Shown here piece after piece: positions 29,797 to 43,220 of a stretch of 64,000 nt of DNA (positions within the stretch are counted from its first letter, which is position 1; each line of letters opens with the position of its first letter). The stretch is from assembly GCF_030684315.1 (NCBI RefSeq), contig NC_081391.1, forward strand, positions 20,730,629 to 20,794,628, written 5' to 3'. The notes under the pieces were generated by a model, which worked only from the letters and a program-made list of their open reading frames with translations, was not told the DNA's origin and did no database searches. This DNA is from Stegostoma tigrinum (lineage: Eukaryota). The position numbers and the translations under genes were made by a program.

Positions 29797-31493
29797 TCAT
29801 TCTTCCCCTAGGGTGAGCCTGTCAAACAGGTACTCTCCCATGCCATTGTCAGGGACTCCCAGTCTCTTCAGGTTGGTGATGTGATCTCCCAGCTTCTTGA
29901 TCATCTTCACTTGCTCATCCAAGAAGTGCCTCTCCAGGAAGTCACACAGCTGTGAAAGGGAAGTAATTGAAACATTTGTCCAAAATAAGCCTCAGGGCTG
30001 TATACAGAGTCTGCAGTGGGGATTGCTACTATATTTCAGCATCACTAGGCTATTTGCCACACAGAGGAAAACCCTCACTTCAGCCAAAGTAAGAGCCGAG
30101 GCCTTCAGACTAGGCTGATATTTCAGGAATTACACTGGTAGGGAGCAGTGAAGGAAGAGAACTCACATGAGGGTCTGTGTGGCCAGAGGCCAGTTTGTGC
30201 AGGTCCAGCAGACTCTGGTTCACATCCTTCTCCATCTGCAGAGCTCTCTGCATTGCCTCCAGACCATTGCCCCACTCATCCTGCTCTGGCTTCTGGAGGT
30301 TTGGGGTGGGTGGTGGGAAAAGAGGCAGATTGTGAATTAAAGAAAACAAGTGCACTAATCTAGCAAAGTTAGACACTAAAAAACCAACCTTGATGTCCTG
30401 CAGGAGGACTCTACCACCACGTTTATTCTGGAATGTGATCAGTTTCTCAGCATGTTCCTGTTCCTCATGGGACTGCTCCTTGAAGAACTCAGCAAAGTGA
30501 TGCAGAGCAACATCATCCCGGTCAAAGTAAGAGAACTATGGGAAGAGCAGAACACCTTAGGTCACTTAGTCTCAATAGAAAAGGATGTCACTCACAAATT
30601 GCATCAGGAGTGAGACAAATTTATTAGTTTTTCTAGGCCCAAAAGCCAGCTTGTGCTCATCCAGCTCCACACTGACTCAGATTCACCAGCATCTGCAGTT
30701 CCATTAGTTGGGTGTTTCCTGGTTGAAACCAGCAGCAGCCCTGGTGGTGTCAGCCAGTTGACACATTCAATATGTGTCAAATGAATTAACAAAGCCTGGC
30801 ATCTACTTTCATGAAGACCACTATTGCACCCATCTGTCCTGGAGACAAGCTTTAATTGCACTGAAGTATGGACAATTTTCTTGCCAAGGAAAAAACACCC
30901 ATACTTCAGGAATCACAAGATGGTGATCATTTCACTTGGCAGGAAGTTAGTTTGGAATGTGCTAGCCAATTTGTACAATGCATTGATGCACTTGAGGGAA
31001 GCATTAAGTGTTAGAGACAACCATAGACAGACACTGAAGTACACCAGTTTCACATTGGTGAAAACAAGGACTCAGTAGCAACATTCTCAGCAGGACCTCC
31101 TAAAAAAAGGAAGATCAGGAAGGAGTTGCACACCAGGCACAGCCCCCTATTGAGTAACATTGCCCAATAAGGAAATTCTATGCAGAAGCTAAAGCTTTTA
31201 AAGTATGAAGCTTCTCAATTACAGCACAGCTGCAACAAAGTATAGTCCATTCAATCCAGTGAAATTTTCTAGGAAGTGAAAAACCTCTCACTCCACAAAC
31301 ATTCAGAGCTCCAAGGGGCAAAAACCAGGCCAAAACCATTTTCTTGGTGTGAAAAAGCACAAAAAAAACACAACAACACCACCAGCCTCACCATGGAGAG
31401 GTAAACATAGGAGGAATAGAGCTCCAGGTTGATCTGCTTGTTAACAGCATCCTCACAGTCCTTGTGGTAGTTCTGGCACACTTGGGAGGCCAT
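29797..31493 (-). CDS. Ferritin heavy-B/middle-subunit-like, copy 5 (intact, 175 aa)
   Basis: Exons 31493-31392, 30535-30389, 30292-30167, 29949-29797; ends ...[20 protein letters not shown]; Y134F. AATAAA 29737-29732. Confidence 0.93.
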
Positions 31494-31529
31494 CTTCACT
31501 TTTTCTATTCAGTATTAGCTAGACAACTC

Positions 31530-31725
31530 TGGAACAGACCCTTTTTCTCATAAGGTCTTGCATTTATACTCCTGGGAACAATCTGCACTCAATCAGAGAA
31601 TGACATCATCAATGACAATTGACAATCTCTGACAGCCAATCAGGAATCTCCATGAATCCAGGCACCAATGAACAAAGGAGAAGGGGCCGTGGGGTGGAGC
31701 TGAGACCCAGAGCCATTCAGAGATT
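31530..31725 (-). promoter_or_regulatory. Proximal promoter of ferritin copy 5
   Basis: TATAAAT 31568-31562; CTGGGAA; TGCACTC 31584-31590; TGACATCA 31601-31608; CCAAT boxes; GGAATCTCC; AACAAAG. Confidence 0.75.
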
Positions 31726-31859
31726 TGGAACAAAGAGACATTTTGGCATAATTGATCCTGTACATGCCCTAAACTAGCTGTTCTTTTTTTGCTTTTAGAT
31801 AGAGAGATAGGAATGATTAGAGCGAAAAAAAAATTATTCCAATGACACTGTTTTTTCCT

Positions 31860-33135
31860 AATTTGACCTAATTTGGTTCTTTTGCCTCATGTGGCTGTGA
31901 CCTCTCTGAGCCCATAGATCAAAGTCAAAGTGGTTAAGTCCTGGATGAGCTGATGCAATTTGTCCCCTTGCATCAAAGTTCTGTTTGTTGGTTGGATGCA
32001 GCTGTACTCAATCTTTGGGCAAACAATATTGGACGATATGTGGTCAGTTTACAGCCATTGTCCGATGTGAGGCTTGATCCTGGCAAAGTGTTTTACCTGA
32101 TGTAGCAATGCTTATGGTATGTCCTAACATAGAACATAGAACATTACAGCACAGTACAGGCCCTTCGGCCCTCGATGTTGTGCCGACCTGTCGTACCAAT
32201 CTGAAGACCACCTAACCTACACTATTCCATGTACGTCCATATGCTTGTCCATCCTGTAACAGAATGACCTCAACGCAGTTGTTGTGGTATTAAGTAAATC
32301 CAACAGCTCGCTATTTTATGTAAACATGACATTTAGAAGCACAGAAGTATCTGGGCTACATAGCACAGAATTGCTTCAAGTAGAGCGTCATGCTTGAGGT
32401 GATCCTCAGTAAGCTGGACTCTGAGACCTTTATACCCTCGGGTCATGTTCCATGATACAATGGTGACGTCTTAAGCATGTCTCTTCAAGGTGTACTGACT
32501 GTGAGCCATGACACAACAGTATGCTCCATTTAGGTTGGTATCGAATCTTTGTCTAGTGTTGTGGTGGAACATCACCGGAAGGCTAATGAGAAGATCCTCA
32601 TTTTAAATAAGAAGAGTTTTAAATAAGATGTAGCTTATTGCATAACAACAAAAATTGTTTCAGTGAAGAAGACAAGGCTGTCCCCTTCACGATACAGGAC
32701 TGTTCAGCCATTCCCCGCACAAATCCTGTGACATCGTTAGATTAGATAGAGCTTAATGTGGGGTTCAGCATTTAATCTTTCAGAACCATTACTGTCTACA
32801 ACATCTCCTTCCAAGATTTTATCCCATAACGTACCGTTATGCATTCTCAAATATAATAACAATGAACATGACTCCATCTCTTCTCAATATCTCTCTTCAC
32901 AAACCCAGGCAATCTGGAACTTTCATTTAGCTTTCAGAAAGCAATCTCCTCCAATGTGGAGGATGAGCAGGACTTTGGCTTGAGGACTGCTGACCTTGAT
33001 TCTGATCATGGCCCTGAATGGTGCCTGCGGTCTCCTTCCACCGAGGACCTTTTTATCCCTTTGCAGATTTTTGTCATCTAAACTATCTTTAGTGTTGATA
33101 GGATTGGAAAACATTGCTGCTAAGATGCTGCTGTG
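31860..33135 (-). mobile_element. Possible highly degenerate Penelope-like retroelement relic (short CR1 tail inserted at ~32127-32250)
   Basis: Only a weak, frameshifted HIGQ..GCKL motif near 32045-32070 resembling GIY-YIG 'YIGQTGRKL'; boundaries approximate. Confidence 0.25.
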
Positions 33136-33828
33136 GCTTTAACTGGTGTGTTTTGTCCTGGTTCCTCTTAAAGAGACATTGGGGAACAGGGGATGAGCAG
33201 TCTATGAGTAGATAAACAACTCTTGAAGTTTTAGGTAACGCAATGTGGAGCTGGAGGAGCACAGCAGGCCAGGCAGCATCAGAGGAGCAGGAAAGTCAAC
33301 ATTTTGGGCCAGGACCCTTCGTCTGAAATGGGGAGGAAGGGAGCTGGAAACAAATAGAGAGAGAGGAGGGATGGGGCAGGGGAAGGAAGGTGGGATGGTG
33401 ATAGGTGAGCATAGTTAGGGAGTGGTGGGGATTGGTCAGTGAGGTGGGAGGAGCAGATAGGTTGGAGAAAAGGTGGACAGGTTGTGTCAGGTCAAGGAGG
33501 CGGGGATGAGAGGGAGGATTGGTCATGGAATTAGGGAGGGGGTGAGGAGATTTTGAAACTGGCACAGTCCTTTTGGTAAACTGGTAAAGTGCTCCTCCAG
33601 CTGTGTTATCACTGACTCCAGCATCAGCAGTTCTTACTCTCTCTCTGTGAAGCTTTAAGTGTTTGTTTTAAAGTTGAAACAATAGAACAACTGAACAGAT
33701 ATGGTCAAGCTCTTGCCCAAAGGACCAGGGATTTTTGCAGCAGTTGCTGTAACAGGCTCATCAAGGTGAGAAACAGTAAGCATTGTGAAAAGCTGTCACA
33801 TCTCTCTTTGCAGCAGTTAAACACTGGA

Positions 33829-33829
<1 letters not shown>

Positions 33830-33896
<67 letters not shown>
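33830..33896. repeat. (CT)n microsatellite
   Basis: About 33 perfect TC units. Confidence 0.97.
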
Positions 33897-33898
<2 letters not shown>

Positions 33899-34056
33899 AA
33901 TTGTCTTTTGATGTTCTTTCCTCATGGATCGGAGAACTGCATGTGAGACAATCAAGGTCATGAATTTTCCTTTTGCCAAGTGTGTGTTTATGGGATGTTG
34001 CTATATTGGATAGGGTTATTTAATAATAGTAACTATATCTATTATTTTCTGAAGCA

Positions 34057-35305
34057 TTTGTGAGGGGTAGGTCATGCCTTACAAACCTTATCGAGTTTTT
34101 TAAGGATGTGACTAGAAAAGTTGATGAGGGTCGAGCTGTGGATGTGGTGTATATGGACTTCAGTAAGGCATTTGATAAGGTTCCCCATGGTAGGCTCATT
34201 CAGAAGGTCAGGAGGAATGGGATACAGGGGAACTTAGCTGCTTGGATACAGAATTGGCTGGCCAACAGAAGACAGCGAGTGGTAGTAGAAGGAAAATATT
34301 CTGCCTGGAAGTCAGTGGTGAGTGGAGTTCCACAGGGCTCTGTCCTTGGGCCTCTACTGTTTGTAATTTTTATTAATGACTTGGACGAGGGAATTGAAGG
34401 ATGGGTCAGCAAGTTTGCAGACGACACAAAGGTCGGAGGTGTCGTTGACAGTGTAGAGGGCTGTTGTAGGCTGCAGCGGGACATTGACAGGATGCAGAGA
34501 TGGGCTGAGAGGTGGCAGATGGAGTTCAACCTGGATAAATGCGAGGTGATGCATTTTGGAAGGTCGAATTTGAAAGCTGAGTACAGGATTAAGGATAGGA
34601 TTCTTGGCAGCGTGGAGGAACAGAGGGATCTTGGTGTGCAGATACATAGATCCCTTAAAATGGCCACCCAAGTGGACAGGGTTGTTAAGAAAGCATATGG
34701 TGTTTTGGCTTTCATTAACAGGGGGATTGAGTTTAAGAGTCGTGAGATCTTGTTGCAGCTCTATAAAACTTTGGTTAGACCGCACTTGGAATACTGCGTC
34801 CAGTTCTGGGCGCCCTATTATAGGAAAGATGTGGATGCTTTGGAGAGGGTTCAGAGGAGGTTTACCAGGATGCTGCCTGGACTGGAGGGCTTATCTTATG
34901 AAGAGAGGTTGACTGAGCTCGGTCTCTTTTCATTGGAGAAAAGGAGGAGGAGAGGGGACCTAATTGAGGTATACAAGATAATGAGAGGCATAGATAGAGT
35001 TGATAGCCAGAGACTATTTCCCAGGGCAGAAATGGCTAGCACGAGGGGTCATAGTTTTAAGCAGGTTGGTGGAAAGTATAGAGGGGATGTCAGAGGCAGG
35101 TTCTTTACGCAGAGAGTTGTGAGAGCATGGAATGCGTTGCCAGCAGCAGTTGTGGAAGCAAGGTCATTGGGGTCATTTAAGAGACTGCTGGACATGTATA
35201 TGGTCACAGAAATTTGAGGGTGCATACATGAGGATCAATGGTCGGCACAACATTGTGGGCTGAAGGGCCTGTTCTGTGCTGTACTGTTCTATGTTCTATG
35301 TTCTA
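34057..35305 (+). mobile_element. Young 5'-truncated CR1 LINE; open RT C-terminal frame 34060-35217
   Basis: VDVVYMDFSKAFDKVPH, GVPQGSVLGPLLF, SKFADDTK, LYKTLVRPHLEYC motifs; 3' tail of GTTCTAT repeats. Confidence 0.95.
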
Positions 35306-37869
35306 TTCTAACAGAGTTTGATCAAAGCTAGTTCTCTTCTTCATTTTTTTCTTTTGTTTTATTTTAACTACATTGTATGAATAAACTGTTTTGCTTAACA
35401 TCAAGTAGTTTGGCCAAACAAATTACATTTGAAACACAGCAACTGACATTTACCTTTACAATCAGAAAAAGTTAGGGCTGAGACTACTTTCTAAAAGCAT
35501 TTTGATGGGTCTGGTCTGGTCCATAATACTGCGAATGCGACATAGTCACAAATCCCTATCGTAGTGACAGTATGAAACAATTCTCTGATAATTAACCTTA
35601 TTAATCCCAGTAGTTTCTCTATTTTTGGAATTCCGTAATGAGCCCAGAAAGCTGAATGACTTCTTGTACTGGATGTCCAGCAGTTTCTTATTCAATGATT
35701 AACATTTCCTTGACCTGAGATTCCATAACAGGCTGCTCCTTGATCTGTTGTAGCCTTTCTTCAAAGATGCTTGGCATAATTGACTGTCATTCAATCTGTT
35801 CACTATCAATTGCAATTCCTTTACTATTTGAGTAATGTTTAAGTCAAGACCTTCATTCACAGTAAAGAGTGAGAATTCAATTGTGAAATGTGTGTACATT
35901 TTCTTCTTTATTTCTTTTACAGAGTTGCCCTTCAACTTAAGTGGTATGCCTCCTGGACCAAGTAGGTGCACTGTTGCAGGTTGCAAATACTATTTTTCAC
36001 CCATAGTATATGATCTGATAATCCCGATCTTAACATTAACTCTGATATGGTCACACTTGCTGGCTTATCCATTGAAATGAATTGCCACTCACCAAAATGT
36101 ATTGGTTGGATCATCAATTCCAACTGGGAATGTATTGGATGTTTCTTCAATTGCTAGTTGCTGTGGACTGTAGGTCATGAAATATCTTTGACCTTTGCTG
36201 CTGTGTATCTAATGATGCTGTACATCTTCTGGAAATAACTATCGTTTTACAGGCATATGTTTTTTTATTTAAATAGCTGGTCACTACTTGTGCCCATGAG
36301 GTTTCTTACCTTCACAACAATAACAAACTCTTAGTATCTGCTATGTAAACTATTCTTTGAAATGTCTTCTCACGTGTATCTTCTACCTTGAGTGCATAGA
36401 TTCTGCAAATCTCATAACATAAGTTGATCTCCTCCCCCTTGTGGTGTTCTGGGATTATGCCCCACTCATCACCTGAATGGCTTTCCCCAATATCAAATTT
36501 TTGGACTGTAATAAGTCCGACAAAGGTTAATCAGTAATTCCAATAAAAATTCTGCCACTTGTAAATGGAAATTTAACTTTTCAATTCATGTGTCGGGATC
36601 AATAATGAGATTATCTATGGATTCGCCAAACGTTGATCTCATCTGTTCAATTTTCTTCTTTGAAGACTTTCTAAACTAGTTTTAAGGTGAAGGTCAATAC
36701 TGAAATCTCATAGAATTTCACCAGAAATCTGTCCTCACAGATTACAGCCCAACAGAATAATGTAGGCCAATGAATGTAAATGAGAATTTATTTTTCAGCT
36801 TTTGATTTAGTATCTAGCTTGGAAGTTTGAATTCTATATTCGATTTGGCCTATCAAACTTAAAACTTTCTCGTAATATTATTTTTGCTCTTTGCTATAAG
36901 TAGGTTCTTTCTAGCCTCTGCATTTCTTTTAGCAGGTCTGAAGTGCTTTAACATTAAGTGTAGATTTCCTCCCTCTTGAAATTTGCCCTGAATTGACAGC
37001 TTGAACCAATACTTCACACAATTTGGATTGGCAAGACTGGGGACATGTCATTATATCTTGAGTCAATTAACCTAGATATGATGCTGTGAGGAGAGATACC
37101 ACCACTATGTATAGTTGACCCACTTGAACAGAAAGTGTACTGTTTAATTTTACTTGATCTGATTGAAAAGGACAACGTGCAGTGAATGTCCAGTGGTCAT
37201 AAGTGACTGTCCAAACTGAAAGACACCGGACTGGAGTTGGGAAACTTATTGATTATCCTTTACACTGGTTGAATTCTGTAACTTCTTGCACAGAAAAAAA
37301 AATGGTGATAGATGTTTAAAACCACAAGCTAGTAAGAAGCATCTTTCTCCCACAAAAGTTTTTAATCCTACGATGAAATCAAAAGGTCTTGAACCCCGGA
37401 ACCTTACTTCAGAAGTGTAAACACTTTGTGACATATGGCTAAAGGCAGATTGAGAAATTCTGCAGGTTTAACCAAGTCCTAAATGATCTCAGGCACTGGC
37501 TAGTTACAGCTGTAACCCCAACTTTTGCATCGAGAGGATGGAATGAAATAAATGGATACAAATAAAAAAATGGCATGGAAAAAGAGCGATTCTCATCTTG
37601 GTAAAGTTATCCAGTCATAAAGTGTGCCCACGGCAAACAGTTGCTGCTACTGCCTTGTTTAAAGACTGATTTTACAGAATGTGTTTAGGGTAAGGCAAGG
37701 TAAAATATTTAACGGAGTTATTTCCTATGGACTTTACAGAAAACAATCCACCTTGTCAAGGAATGGTACCAGCCTGCAGTTCCACAGGCACTCCAAGATA
37801 AGTGGAGGTCAGAAGGGCTCTGAAACACCTCACTGCTTCGATAAGACTACTTCTAAATGAAGAATCCTT

Positions 37870-38130
37870 ACAGTCAGGAGACAGGCTATTCAGCTCACTG
37901 CATCCTCACCAACCATCCAAGGAGCATCCCACCCAGTACACCATCCCTATATTTCCCACCTTAGATACTTAGGGCAATTTAACCCGGCCAATGCGCCTCA
38001 CCTGCATGTCTTTGGACTGTGGGAGGAAACCCACACAAAGGAAGAATGTGTCTGTGTGTAGTTTGCACAGTCGCTTGAGGTTGGAATCAAACTCAGGTCC
38101 CTGGGGCTGTGAAGCAGCTACGCTAACCAT
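37870..38130 (-). mobile_element. V-SINE (HE1-like)
   Basis: TAGGGCAATTTA...GTCTTTGGACTGTGGGAGGAAACC...CAGGTCCCTGGGGCTGTGAAGCAGC..GCTAACCA is the reverse complement of the 4125-4470 family. Confidence 0.7.
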
Positions 38131-38795
38131 GGAGGGAGTTAAGTTTCTTTCATGAGGGCGGTAGAATTTCTTCCTGGTCAACGAGGGATTGCATTCTAGC
38201 AGCTGGGACTCTGAACAAGTCAGATTGGTGGGGTGGGGGGGTAGTGGGGGGGGAAGAACAAGAAAAAAAAAACAGACCTATTTAGTGACTAGAAGTTAAC
38301 TTTCTAAGGGGACCTGGGAAGGAGCATGGAAAGTATGCTTTAAAATAAACAGAGTAAGTGGTGAATCAGCATTGTTAACAATTTGTATCCACACGAGGCC
38401 AACCTGCTTATTCTAGGCTTGGCAGTCTTCCATGAGATTCTGTAACTGTTTGTGCTGTGTCCCTTTTATGCCATACAGCGCAGTTTGTGAAGCCAAGGCT
38501 AGTGAGCAACAATAACTGTTCACATCCAAGGGAATGGATTCAAACTGGGAATTGACATTGAATGTCAAGATCTGGGAGATATGCTGTTACACTAACTTGT
38601 GCCTCAATGTTGGTGCACAGATCCAATGCTCATGTTATGGCGTACAAATGAAGTCAAACAGGGAGGCCAAACCTTGTCCAATATTGAGTTTATTTACATT
38701 GTGTGATTAAAATCACAATACTATCCAGATCTGATACGCAAGGATATTGTCTCCATGTTGCACACAACAGCAGTTTGCTCCCTGTAGTCAGTTCA

Positions 38796-39122
<327 letters not shown>

Positions 39123-39933
39123 TCAAACAGGAATTCAATTTAAAAGACTACTGTCTGATCTCAAACAAGAACTCACATGAGGGTCCGTGTGGCCAGAGGC
39201 GAGTTTGTGCAGATCCAGCAGACTCTGGTTCACATCCTTCTCCATCTGCAGAGCTGTCTGCATTGCCTCCAGACCATTGCCCTACTCATCCTGCTCTGGC
39301 TTCTGGAAGGAGGGAAGTTCATTAACACATGGATTAAAATAAAACCATGTGAGGATTTTAAAAAGGAAAAATGAGGCATATTAATGTCCAGGGCTAGGGG
39401 AAAAAAAGCTAAGATCACCAAGTTAAACCTATTTCAAAATCCTTAAAAGGATAAGAGGAAAGCAAAAGGAACCGAGGCAGAAAGGCCACTCATTCCATTG
39501 AGCCCAACCTTGATGTCCTGCAGCAGGACCCGGCCTCCACGTTTATTCTGGAATGCCATCAGTTTCTCAGCATGTTCCCGTTCCTCATGGGACTGCTCCT
39601 TGAAGAACTCAGCAAAGTGACGCAGGGCAACGTCATCCCGGTCAAAGTAGAAGGACTGTGGGAAGAGAATTGAAGTGATGAGCCTGTATGTATTTGTAGA
39701 TTGTATTTACCCCCACGTAGCAAATTCATCGAAATACAAAAAGTTAACTGTCAAACAACATTGACATTCATTCCTACCCTTCATTGCAAGTCCAAATCTA
39801 GACTGGGATTATGCCACGTGCCTAGAATGTGCACTTGCAAAAGCTCCTAGACGCCATCACTTTGGTGTTCGTTTATCTGTCCATTCAAGCAAATTGAAAG
39901 TTAGCAAATAGGAGCTTCTTTGCATGGCCCTGA

Positions 39934-40108
39934 TAAGTTTAAAACCAGTGTGACTGAAAGTCACTGGGAACATGTCTGCGTCAGTTTAAAATCAGTGTGA
40001 CTGAAAGTCATTGGGAACATGTCTGCGTAAGTTTAAAATCAGTGTGGCTGAAAGTCATTGGGAACATGTCTGCGTAAGTTTAAAATCAGTGTGACTGAAA
40101 GTCACTGG
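39934..40108. repeat. 47-bp minisatellite, ~3.7 units
   Basis: Unit TAAGTTTAAAATCAGTGTGACTGAAAGTCATTGGGAACATGTCTGCG starting at 39934, 39981, 40028, 40075. Confidence 0.95.
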
Positions 40109-40391
40109 ATTACAGCATCATCATACAGACCATAGTACAGACAAATTAGGGTCTGAAACTCAGGCATAATTGGATATTAACCCAACACAAAGCAATTTGT
40201 TCCACAAAGCACTTTCAGATATTCCAATATAGTGGAGGTGGATTCCTTTTGTGCTTTTAAAGCCAGCATTGGTCAGAACTGAGAACAGAGTGGAGTTAGA
40301 CAGAAGGAATAAGGTAACAGCAATCTGCCAACATTTCACTTCAGCACCCCACTGAGAAGTTTCTAATCCCAATAGAGAAAGTTAGAACATA

Positions 40392-40612
40392 GACCATCCC
40401 ACCCAGACCCATCTCCCACCCTATAACCCTGCATGTTGCATGGACAATCCACCTCATCTGAACATCTTTGGAGAGCAGGAGGAAATCCACAGACATGAAG
40501 GCAGGTATGGGAGTAATATACAAAAAATACACAGACACCAAACTCAGAATCAAACTCAGGCACCTGGGTCTGAGAGACAACAATGCTAACCCCTGAGCCA
40601 CCGTATCACCCC
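40392..40612 (-). mobile_element. V-SINE (HE1-like) in intron 1 of copy 6
   Basis: CAATCCACCT..TCTGAACATCTTTGGAG..CAGGAGGAAA...GCTAACCCCTGAGCCACCGT. Confidence 0.65.
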
Positions 40613-40999
40613 AATTAGGGGCAAATTGGGAGGGGGGGGGCGGGAGATCCAGATGATATACAAGTGGTTTTTTTCCATTATGCCTCAACAGAAGACAGCT
40701 GCTGCCAGGTACAGTTTATTTACTATTACCCTGTATTTCACTCTAGAAACACTCCATAAAGACTTGCCCTTACACCCCATCCCAAGAAACAGCGTCAAGA
40801 GAACTTCAATCCATTGAAATCACAACATTTCAGAAAGCAGCAAAGATCACCACACTCATCATGGAGAGGTAAACATAGGAGGAATAGAGCTCCAGGTTGA
40901 TCTGCTTGTTAACAGCATCCTCACAGTCCTTGTGGTAGTTCTGACACACTTGGGAGGCCATCTTCACTATTCCTGCTCACTATCACCAAGACAACTCTA

Positions 41000-41190
41000 A
41001 AACTGAGCCTCTCTCCCACAAGCTCTTGTATTTATACTCCTGGGGCCATCCTTCACCCAACCAGGGAATGAAAACAGCCACGATGACTGACAATCCCTGA
41101 TAGCCAATGAGGAATCTCCATCAATCTAGTCACCAATGAATAAAGGAGAGTCCAAAATGGCTGTGGAGATGGGACTGGGAGCCAGAGATT
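41000..41190 (-). promoter_or_regulatory. Proximal promoter of ferritin copy 6
   Basis: TATAAATA 41036-41029; Inr A at 41004; CCAAT, GGAATCTCC. Confidence 0.6.
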
Positions 41191-41499
41191 AAGAATACAG
41201 TGAGATTTGGGAGTTTAATCTCAGTCATAACCGCTAATTTAGCTCAATGGAACATATTGAGATTCAAAAGTATCTAAGATTCTGGAACCATAACTTTGAA
41301 TTTTGACATTTGGTTCATGTTGAATTTATTTTTCAGAGTCTGTAAGTGTCTCCCTGTTTAACCCTGCCAAACCACATCTTTGAATTTCTGGACAACTTGT
41401 TACTTTTGCTGGAGCAGCTTTCATAACCTGATCAGGTTTGTCACTTCTGAGGAGCTTTGGACATGCTACAAAACTCTAAGGAACGAAGTTGTCTTGAAT

Positions 41500-42014
41500 C
41501 CAATTTAAATAATAGAAGCAGCCTGAATGGGTGGGGTCAAGCTCCCCAGAACAAGGGTTTTTAGTTTCTGATTTTTTTTCCATGGCAGTTGCTGCTGGGG
41601 TCTTGAGCTTAATGTGGAAGCTGTTTTTCCTCTCTTTGTTGCAGCTAAAAGCTGAGGTTTCACTTCCTGCTGCTAGAGGTACCTGTGAAACAATCTATTT
41701 CACTGGATTAGTCTTTGCCAAGGATGTGTTTACAGGATTTTACTATATGGAAACAGTTACTGTTTCTAAACAGTTAAATAATCTATTCTTTCTGTTAAGT
41801 TTTCCAGTAGAGCTAAGTTATTCCAATTTCTTCTTTCTTTTGTTGTATTTTAAATATAGTATATTGATAAAGTGTTTTGCTTCAAGACTAGTAGCATTAC
41901 GGATAAAATTGCAGCTGGAATGCATTGCCGGGCATTTGCTGTTAAAATAAGAAATATTAGTGTTTAGGCCATTGTCTTAACATATTTCAAGGGGGTTTGG
42001 CCTGGTCCATACTA
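41500..42014 (+). mobile_element. Partial solo-LTR-like repeat
   Basis: Aligns with 48490-48950 plus 49600-49644. Confidence 0.5.
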
Positions 42015-42549
42015 TGTACATGTCCAACATATACCTGAAAGTCACTATTTAATCTGGTTCTGCTGTTGGTTCAGGTTGTGAGCTCTAGAACTTAACAACT
42101 TGCCTCGACCTGTGGTTCTTGTGTATCAGCACTGTTCCTCATGAATCTCCCATGTTAATGTCTGGATTAATCGTAGCAGTTCAATTCCTGGATGAGGGGA
42201 TGAGAACTGTTCCCTTGAGGTTAAACTCTGGGTTCAGTGGGATGCAACAAAGAGGGGCGTCTGAGTGACCAATCCTCATCCAGGCACTGGCCTCTTGGGA
42301 GAGATACCACCTACTGACCCACCAAACAGAAAATATATCGCGGAATTTATAACCATCCCTGTCAAAGGGCAGTCCACACATTTAGACTCCTGGGGCACAT
42401 TATGTTCAAGGACTGGCAGAGCTTGGATGTTAAAAAGGACAACAAAAGTTTGGCCAGTGCCAACCAGCCATGCAGAAGGAATGCTGGAAAAAATTGAGAA
42501 ACCAAAGATTGACCAGGCTCTGATGGCTTTTTTTCCAGCAGAAGGCAGC

Positions 42550-43220
42550 GCCATGGAGCCATACAGCACAGAAACAGACCCTTCGGCTTAACTTGGCAAA
42601 GTGTTCCAAACTAAAGTAATCCCATTTGTCTGCGTGTGGCCCATGTCCCTTTAAACCTTTTCTACGTATGACCCTGTCCAAATGTCTTTGGAATATCTCA
42701 ACTGTACCTGCATCTGCCACTCCCTCTGGCAGTTCATTCCACACACACGAAACAGCCCCTCTGTGAAACAATTGCCCCTCCGATCCCTTTTAAATCTTTC
42801 TCCTCCCACCTTAAAAATATACCTTTTATTTTTGAGCTTGCCTGCCCTGGGGCCAGGGGTGGGGGGGGGTAAAAAACCTTTGTTATTACCTTATTCATGA
42901 CCCTCATGATTTTATGAGCTTCCCCTACTCCAGTGAAAAAAAGGCCCAACCTATCATAACTCAGACCTTCCAGTCCCAGCAAGTCTTTTCTGAACACTTT
43001 CCAGTTTAATAATATCCTTCCACTCTCAGTGCGACCAGAACGGTTAAGGGTACTCCAAGACCCCCTCACCAATGCACCAACTCCTATACTCAGTTGATCT
43101 GAGCAACGAAGGCAAGTGTGCTGACTGCTTTCTTAAATATGCCATCGACCTGTGACACAGCTTTCACTGAATTACGTACCTGAAACCATGGCCTCTGTTT
43201 AACTACATGACCCAGGGCAT
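42550..43220 (-). mobile_element. Degenerate CR1 LINE 3' fragment
   Basis: Minus ORF contains VWNELPEGVADAGT..FQRHLD (CR1 ORF2 C-terminus); shared by descent with the insertion at ~50540. Confidence 0.7.

Larger units (their letters stand above)
33139..35528 (+). mobile_element. Solo-LTR-like repeat interrupted by a palindromic element (33235-33645), (CT)n and a CR1
   Basis: Homologous to 41500-42014 and 48366-49644; AATAAA ~140 bp before a GGTCCATAA(C/T)A-like end. Confidence 0.5.

Noticed and set aside
34060-35217. 385-aa ORF as a host gene
   Set aside because: It is a 5'-truncated CR1 reverse transcriptase with a non-ATG start and a LINE tail.
35530-37500. Possible retroelement internal region
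   Set aside because: No recognisable protein motif or long ORF could be read; left unannotated.
39934-40108. CRISPR-like array or IRE cluster (units contain CAGTG)
   Set aside because: No unique spacers and a vertebrate context; the bases flanking CAGTGN do not form the 5-bp IRE stem on either strand.
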